Shown here: positions 36,168-40,795 of the stretch, piece after piece
How positions within the stretch are numbered: the stretch's first letter is position 1
Layout of the letters: each line of letters starts with the position of its first letter
Assembly (NCBI GenBank): GCA_039683575.1
Contig: JBDKRC010000278.1
Span: 1 to 40,795, forward strand
Direction of reading: 5' to 3'
Source: Armatimonadia bacterium
GTDB lineage: Bacteria > Armatimonadota > Zipacnadia > Zipacnadales > UBA11051
DNA length: 40,795 nucleotides
Notes under the pieces: generated by a model
Database searches by the model: none
What the model was told of the DNA's origin: nothing
The model's input: the letters and a program-made list of their open reading frames with translations, nothing else
Position numbers and translations under genes: made by a program

Positions 36168-39100
36168 ATGTATATGAAGATGATGCGGATCGCGCTGTTT
36201 GCTGCCCTCGCCGGGGCAGGATGGCAGCCAGCCAGCGCCGCCCCCCTCAAGCCACCCGTCAATCTCGTGGCCAATCCTTCCTTTGAGCAAGCTGCCGATG
36301 GCAAGGAGCAGGCCGCACGTGGCTGGAGTCTTTACCAGTGCGGATACACCCGCACCCGCGAACGAAGCTATGCGCCCGATATCGGAGGGCCCTGGAGTTG
36401 CCGCATCAGTGGCACCGGCCAGGCCGATGAGAAGGGCATGGGGGGCACCAACACCGCCGTAGCGGACCTGCCGGCCAGGGGCACCTTCGCCGCCACTAAC
36501 AGCATCTACGTCGACTCCTGCAAGCAGGGCAGCATCTATGGCGCGTACGTGACCTGTGGCTATGACGATGGCACCAGCAAGACGTACAGCTTTACGCTCA
36601 GCGACGCGCAGATCAAGGCGAATCTGGGTAAGTGGAAGACCTATCGCCTGAGCTTTACCAGCGATGCTGACAAGAAGCTGAAGACCATCACGTACTGGTG
36701 CCTGGTGTGGTCGAAGGGCGAGCAGAAGTTCATCGGGACGGTCTATTTCGACGAGGTGGAACTGCGGCAGGTACCGACCGATGGGCAAGCCGAGGCCGCG
36801 GTCCCTTTTGCATTGGCCCCGTACACTCAAACGCCTCCGCGCATTGATGGGGCGAGCGATGACGAGTGCTGGCAGCGCTCGTCCGACCTGTCGCCGTTTC
36901 TGCTCAGCGGGGGCGTGGAGGCTGCCGCGGAACAGACGAGGGCGCGGCTGGCGTATGACAAGGACAATCTCTACCTGTTCCTGGAGTGTTACGAGGCGGC
37001 GCTGAATCCGGTGCTGCAAAAGCGCGCTTCCTTCAAGGCCGATCAGACTGAGCATGACTCCAATGTCTTCCGTGACGATGCGGTGGAGTTGTTCCTGCAG
37101 CCCTCGCAAGCGGAGGGCACGTACTACCACCTCGCGGTCAACAGCCGCGGCGCGCTCTATGACGCCCGCTGCGAGGCCAGCGGCGTCAACGACAAGAGCT
37201 GGGATTCGGGCGCAAAGGCGGCCGGGAAGGTTGGGGAGCGCTCCTGGACGGTGGAGGTGGCTATTCCCCGCGAGCAGTTGGGCGCGATGGAGTTCACCGC
37301 GACGGAGGGCTGGCGTCTCAACCTTTGCCGCAGCGAGAAGCCGTCGGGGGAGAATTCCTGTTGGTCGCCCACGGGGGGGCCGTTCCACACCCCCTCGCGC
37401 TTTGGACTGGTCGCCTTCGGGCCGCCAGCCATTAGCGGCGGCGCGGTGGACCTCGGGCCCTTGCGCAAGGGCAACAACCGCCTGCAAGTGACCGTCGGCA
37501 ACCCCGCCGCTGAAGCTTGTACTGTCACCGTCACTACTTCGGTCGCCCAGGGCAACGGGGCGAGCGAGGTCGGACGGGCTTCCGTGCGACTGGCCCCCGG
37601 GAAGACTGAGACGGTGGACGTTGAGTATGACGCGCCGTCCGGCGATGGGGCGTTGCGGTATGAGATCGCCCAAGACGGGCGGATCCTGCTGCTCTCTCCG
37701 AGCTATCCGCTGCAGTCAGACAACCCCTTCATCGCCTGGGTGAACGTGCTGGACAAGCCCAGCAGCCATGTCATCACGAGCTTCAGCGTGGCGCAGGGAG
37801 AGACGCTGGCCGTGCCGCTGGTGCTGCTGGCGGGAATTGAGGAGGAGCAGTTCAAGGAGGCGACGGTGACGCTGGAAGTGCCCGGCTTTCTGCGCCTGGT
37901 AAGCCCGCTGAGTGGGCCGCGGCGCTGTCCGACGCCGCTGCGTGTGAAGGAAGAGGCGATTGAGCGCGAGGGGGAGCCGTACCGCCGCGTCACCATGGAA
38001 TTCGGCCCCAAGAGCGTGACCTTTGCCCGGGCGCGCGAGGAAAGGATGTATGTCGAGAACCCGCTCCTATTCCGGGCGGAGTATGTCGGACAACCCCAAC
38101 AGACCAGTTTTCCCCTTACGTACGATGTCTATCTCAACGGCCAGAGCAGAGCCAGCGGGAGCGTGCCACTGTCCCTTCTGCCGCCACTGTCCCGCAAATC
38201 GCCACGCGAGGTGGTCGTCTGCAACTGGCCGTGCGGCAGCACTTACTTCAACGCCTTCCTCAACCGTCTGAGCGAGACGGAGCAGGAGGCTATTCTCGAT
38301 TCCTGGATCCACACGGGCTTCAACCTGTACACACACTTTGGTCTGGCGAAACAGCGGGGGCTGAAGACCGCGCAGGGCCTGCCGGCCACCCTGCAGGACC
38401 TCTGCGGCAGCGCGACCGGCCTCAGCGACTACTTGCGCGCGAATCCGCAGTACCAGGATGCCACTCTCGACGGCAAGCCGCTGCCGACCTCGATTTCGCC
38501 GGCGCACCTGCTGGAGGAAAGCTGCCCCGCGCGGGCGATGATAAAGGAATACGTGGGCAAGCAGGCCCGGCAGCAGCCGGTGCTGAGCTGGGACTACGAG
38601 GTGCCGGTGGCCTATCCGCAGTCTATCGGCTTTGGTGCCCACAACCTCGCCGCCTTCCGCAAGTTCGCCAAGATACCAGATAGCGTGGAACTGACCCCGG
38701 CGGTCGCGGTGCGCGACTATCGGGCTCAGTGGATAGACTTCCGCTGCCGGCAAAACGCCGGGGTCGTAAAGCTGCTGCAAGAGGGCATCAAGGCCGCCAA
38801 TCCGGCCTGCATGTTCTTCGTCTACAGCGGCTACCAGGGCGAGCACACCCGAGAGACCTACGGAATCAACTGGGAATACGTGGCGCCTCACCTCGATCAG
38901 GGCTGGTGCGGCTACGGCCGGCCCGTGGAGCAGACGCGGGACACGCTCAGGGCACTGGGGGGCAAGCCGCTGGTGAACGGAGAACTGGTCTGGCTTGGGG
39001 ATGGCAACTCTTATCCGCTCGATGACACCGAGGCTAACCTCATGCGCCGCCTGACCGACTGCGCCGGTGGTGTCATGGTCTACTATGACTGGTTCGTGGA

Positions 39101-40505
39101 CGGACGTTTCTACAGCGGGCTCTCCCGCACCGCGGCGGTCGCTGCAGACTTCGAACCCTTCTTCCTCAAGGGCCGGCGCGATGACGCCCTGGCCACGGTT
39201 GAAGCCGGTGGCGAGGGCAATGTCGTGGTCTATTCCCTCGGCGCCGAGCGGCTGGTCTTCCTCTTCGGCACCGCAGCAAGCCCACAGCAGTTCCGCGTGC
39301 AGTTGAAGGACCTCCCCGCCGGGGCCGTGGCGCTGGACTACTGGACAAAGAAGCCACTGCCCCTCTCCCCCGCCCTGGTGGCTGACGTCCCGGCGCACGG
39401 GGTCAAGGTCATCCATGTGCGCCCGTCCGCCAACATGGCAGCGCCGGTGGCTCCACGGCTGGTCAGCCCGGTGGATGAGACGGTGTCAGACCGCCGGCCG
39501 CTCCTGGTATGGGATCAGGCGGGCGGAGGTGACTGCCGCTACCGCGTGGAGGTCTCGCCGGATCGCGCTTTCGCACCGGCCTCTACCATCGCCGCTGATC
39601 TTGCGGCCAATACCCATGTCATCACCGAGCCGCTGGACGACAACGGCGCCTACTTCTGGCGGGTACGGGCCGTGGATGCCCACAATGGCCAACAAAGCGC
39701 GTGGTCTCCCGTAGGGCAGTTCAGGGTTGGTGTGCTCGCGGTTGCGGTGCAGCCGTCTGTTTTCTCACCCAACGGCGACGGAGTCTATGACACTGTGTCC
39801 CTGCAAGCCGAATTGCGCACCGAGGCGCCGTGGACAGTCACCGTTTCCGACGCCGCCGGGGGCAAGGTCAGGGCCTTCTCGGGCAGAAGCACGCAACCAG
39901 CGGCCATCTGGGATGGCAAGAATGCCGCAGGCAAGCCGGCACCCGATGGCAACTACAAGTTGCTTCTGGAGGTCAAGGGCAAGCAGGTCGCCGCCGAGAC
40001 GGTCGAACTCAACCCGCGCTTCGGCCTGCCCAACCCCGAACTTGAGCGCTGGTGCTTCTGGCGCCCGCAGGCGCTTGAGGGCGGCGCCACCGAGCAGGAC
40101 TACCATGTGTTCGCCGCCAAACTGCCTTACTCGTTGAAGCTGACCGGCGACGGGCCCGAGGCGAAGGCTTACTGGTCGAACTACCGTAGCGGCACTGAGA
40201 TCCCGATCACGGCGGGGAAGACATACACCTACAGCGGCCTGGTGAAGACCGCTCTGGCCGCCGACGCACAGGCCACTATTGGCCTTCACTTCTTCACCAG
40301 GGACGACCGCTGGGCGGCCATTCCGGGCCTCGGGGCGGAGTGGGAGGGCATTGTCGCCGCTGCCACAGGCAAGCAGGACTGGAAGCGCCTGACGGTCTCA
40401 TGCCAGGCGCCCGAGAATGCCGCAAAGGCCGTGCTCTTCTTCTCGATCAAGGGTAAGGGCAACGCCTGGCTGGGCTCGGCGGAGTTTGGCGAGACCCCGC
40501 AGTAG
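36168..40505 (+). CDS. Large secreted modular carbohydrate-binding/active protein (CBM4/9-like, CBM9, putative TIM barrel, FN3/Ig-like, FlgD-Ig, CBM), 1445 aa
   Basis: Signal peptide RIALFAALAGAGWQPASA. NLVANPSFE...VYFDEV. CBM9-like PPRIDG..DDECW, YDKDNLYL, DDAVELFL, WTVEVAIP, WRLNLCR. Central WDYE and WIDFRC segment. APRLVSP...RPLLVW...YFWRVRAVD. FSPNGDGVYD...IWDGKNAAGKPAPDGNY (FlgD-Ig). Confidence 0.85.
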   Translation: MYMKMMRIALFAALAGAGWQPASAAPLKPPVNLVANPSFEQAADGKEQAARGWSLYQCGYTRTRERSYAPDIGGPWSCRISGTGQADEKGMGGTNTAVADLPARGTFAATNSIYVDSCKQGSIYGAYVTCGYDDGTSKTYSFTLSDAQIKANLGKWKTYRLSFTSDADKKLKTITYWCLVWSKGEQKFIGTVYFDEVELRQVPTDGQAEAAVPFALAPYTQTPPRIDGASDDECWQRSSDLSPFLLSGGVEAAAEQTRARLAYDKDNLYLFLECYEAALNPVLQKRASFKADQTEHDSNVFRDDAVELFLQPSQAEGTYYHLAVNSRGALYDARCEASGVNDKSWDSGAKAAGKVGERSWTVEVAIPREQLGAMEFTATEGWRLNLCRSEKPSGENSCWSPTGGPFHTPSRFGLVAFGPPAISGGAVDLGPLRKGNNRLQVTVGNPAAEACTVTVTTSVAQGNGASEVGRASVRLAPGKTETVDVEYDAPSGDGALRYEIAQDGRILLLSPSYPLQSDNPFIAWVNVLDKPSSHVITSFSVAQGETLAVPLVLLAGIEEEQFKEATVTLEVPGFLRLVSPLSGPRRCPTPLRVKEEAIEREGEPYRRVTMEFGPKSVTFARAREERMYVENPLLFRAEYVGQPQQTSFPLTYDVYLNGQSRASGSVPLSLLPPLSRKSPREVVVCNWPCGSTYFNAFLNRLSETEQEAILDSWIHTGFNLYTHFGLAKQRGLKTAQGLPATLQDLCGSATGLSDYLRANPQYQDATLDGKPLPTSISPAHLLEESCPARAMIKEYVGKQARQQPVLSWDYEVPVAYPQSIGFGAHNLAAFRKFAKIPDSVELTPAVAVRDYRAQWIDFRCRQNAGVVKLLQEGIKAANPACMFFVYSGYQGEHTRETYGINWEYVAPHLDQGWCGYGRPVEQTRDTLRALGGKPLVNGELVWLGDGNSYPLDDTEANLMRRLTDCAGGVMVYYDWFVDGRFYSGLSRTAAVAADFEPFFLKGRRDDALATVEAGGEGNVVVYSLGAERLVFLFGTAASPQQFRVQLKDLPAGAVALDYWTKKPLPLSPALVADVPAHGVKVIHVRPSANMAAPVAPRLVSPVDETVSDRRPLLVWDQAGGGDCRYRVEVSPDRAFAPASTIAADLAANTHVITEPLDDNGAYFWRVRAVDAHNGQQSAWSPVGQFRVGVLAVAVQPSVFSPNGDGVYDTVSLQAELRTEAPWTVTVSDAAGGKVRAFSGRSTQPAAIWDGKNAAGKPAPDGNYKLLLEVKGKQVAAETVELNPRFGLPNPELERWCFWRPQALEGGATEQDYHVFAAKLPYSLKLTGDGPEAKAYWSNYRSGTEIPITAGKTYTYSGLVKTALAADAQATIGLHFFTRDDRWAAIPGLGAEWEGIVAAATGKQDWKRLTVSCQAPENAAKAVLFFSIKGKGNAWLGSAEFGETPQ

Positions 40506-40626
40506 CCTCATATCGCGGGAGACGGCTCTGAGACGGCGGGCGCGGCAGCAGGAATGCTGGCAGAGACCGTGGAACATGATCTATGTTTGTCATCCCATAT
40601 GTGAGTGAAGAACAAGGAGGCTCGAC

Positions 40627-40683
40627 ATGACACGTAGAGGTTTCACGCTGATTGAGCTCTTGGTCGTGATTGCGATCATGTAG
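40627..40683 (+). pseudogene. Type IV prepilin-type N-terminal cleavage/methylation leader, truncated after 18 codons (MTRRGFTLIELLVVIAIM*)
   Basis: Perfect AAGGAGG RBS at 40614-40620, ATG at 40627, canonical G|FTLIELLVVIAI motif, TAG at 40681-40683. The usual IAILAAILFPV continuation is absent in all three frames. Too short for the ORF track. Confidence 0.85.
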
Positions 40684-40795
40684 CCGCTGAACAACCGGCC
40701 CTTCTCGTGCGTTGAAGTTCAGCTTTGACTTTCGGAATCTGCTTTTTTGCCGGATTTTGGCTCCAGAAGCCCTCTACAGCCCGTTTCGCGCCCCT
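40680..40795. mobile_element. Candidate end of an inserted element (IS or integrative element) interrupting the prepilin gene
   Basis: Abrupt loss of pilin coding after ...GCGATCAT. The junction GTAGCCGCTGAACAA resembles the GC(T/C)GCTGAAAAA-type ends I recall for IS5/IS1182-like elements. The sequence is more AT-rich and runs off the window. No transposase is visible. Confidence 0.35.

Noticed and set aside
40519-40587. GAGACGGC direct repeat and AACAT-N5-ATGTT palindrome upstream of the prepilin leader
   Set aside because: Could be regulatory, but too short to distinguish from chance and no cognate regulator is visible.
40681-40725. Amber readthrough (pyrrolysine or recoding) of the prepilin TAG
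   Set aside because: Readthrough gives 14 non-pilin residues and then TGA, and other genes here end normally at TAG.

Overview
GC-rich (roughly 65% by eye) bacterial chromosomal window. The gene style (DUF4838 proteins, CBM9/FlgD-type secreted proteins, GFTLIELLVVIAI prepilin leader) suggests Armatimonadota or a similar Planctomycetota/Lentisphaerota-like glycan degrader; this is inference. Almost the whole window is carbohydrate metabolism. (i) Two tandem secreted DUF4838 paralogues, an orphan secreted protein, a GH16 and a GH106-like hydrolase. (ii) A HutC/GntR repressor with back-to-back sigma70 promoters and a perfect CTTGTATATACAAG operator, facing a five-gene operon (xylose-isomerase-like, class III aminotransferase, SDR, rhamnulokinase-like, double amidohydrolase). 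This looks like a catabolic route for an N-acyl amino-(deoxy)sugar that I cannot assign to a known pathway. (iii) BNR/sialidase-like propellers, a creatininase-family amidase, a large secreted putative glycoside hydrolase and a PL22-like protein. (iv) A 2808-aa cyclic beta-1,2-glucan synthase behind an orphan long-form RmlA-like nucleotidyltransferase. (v) A 1445-aa modular secreted protein, then a type IV prepilin leader (MTRRGFTLIELLVVIAIM*) that is cut off exactly inside its conserved motif by sequence resembling a mobile-element end, 112 nt before the window ends. No rRNA, tRNA, CRISPR array or transporter gene was recognised. All family calls come from motif recognition by eye, not database searches.
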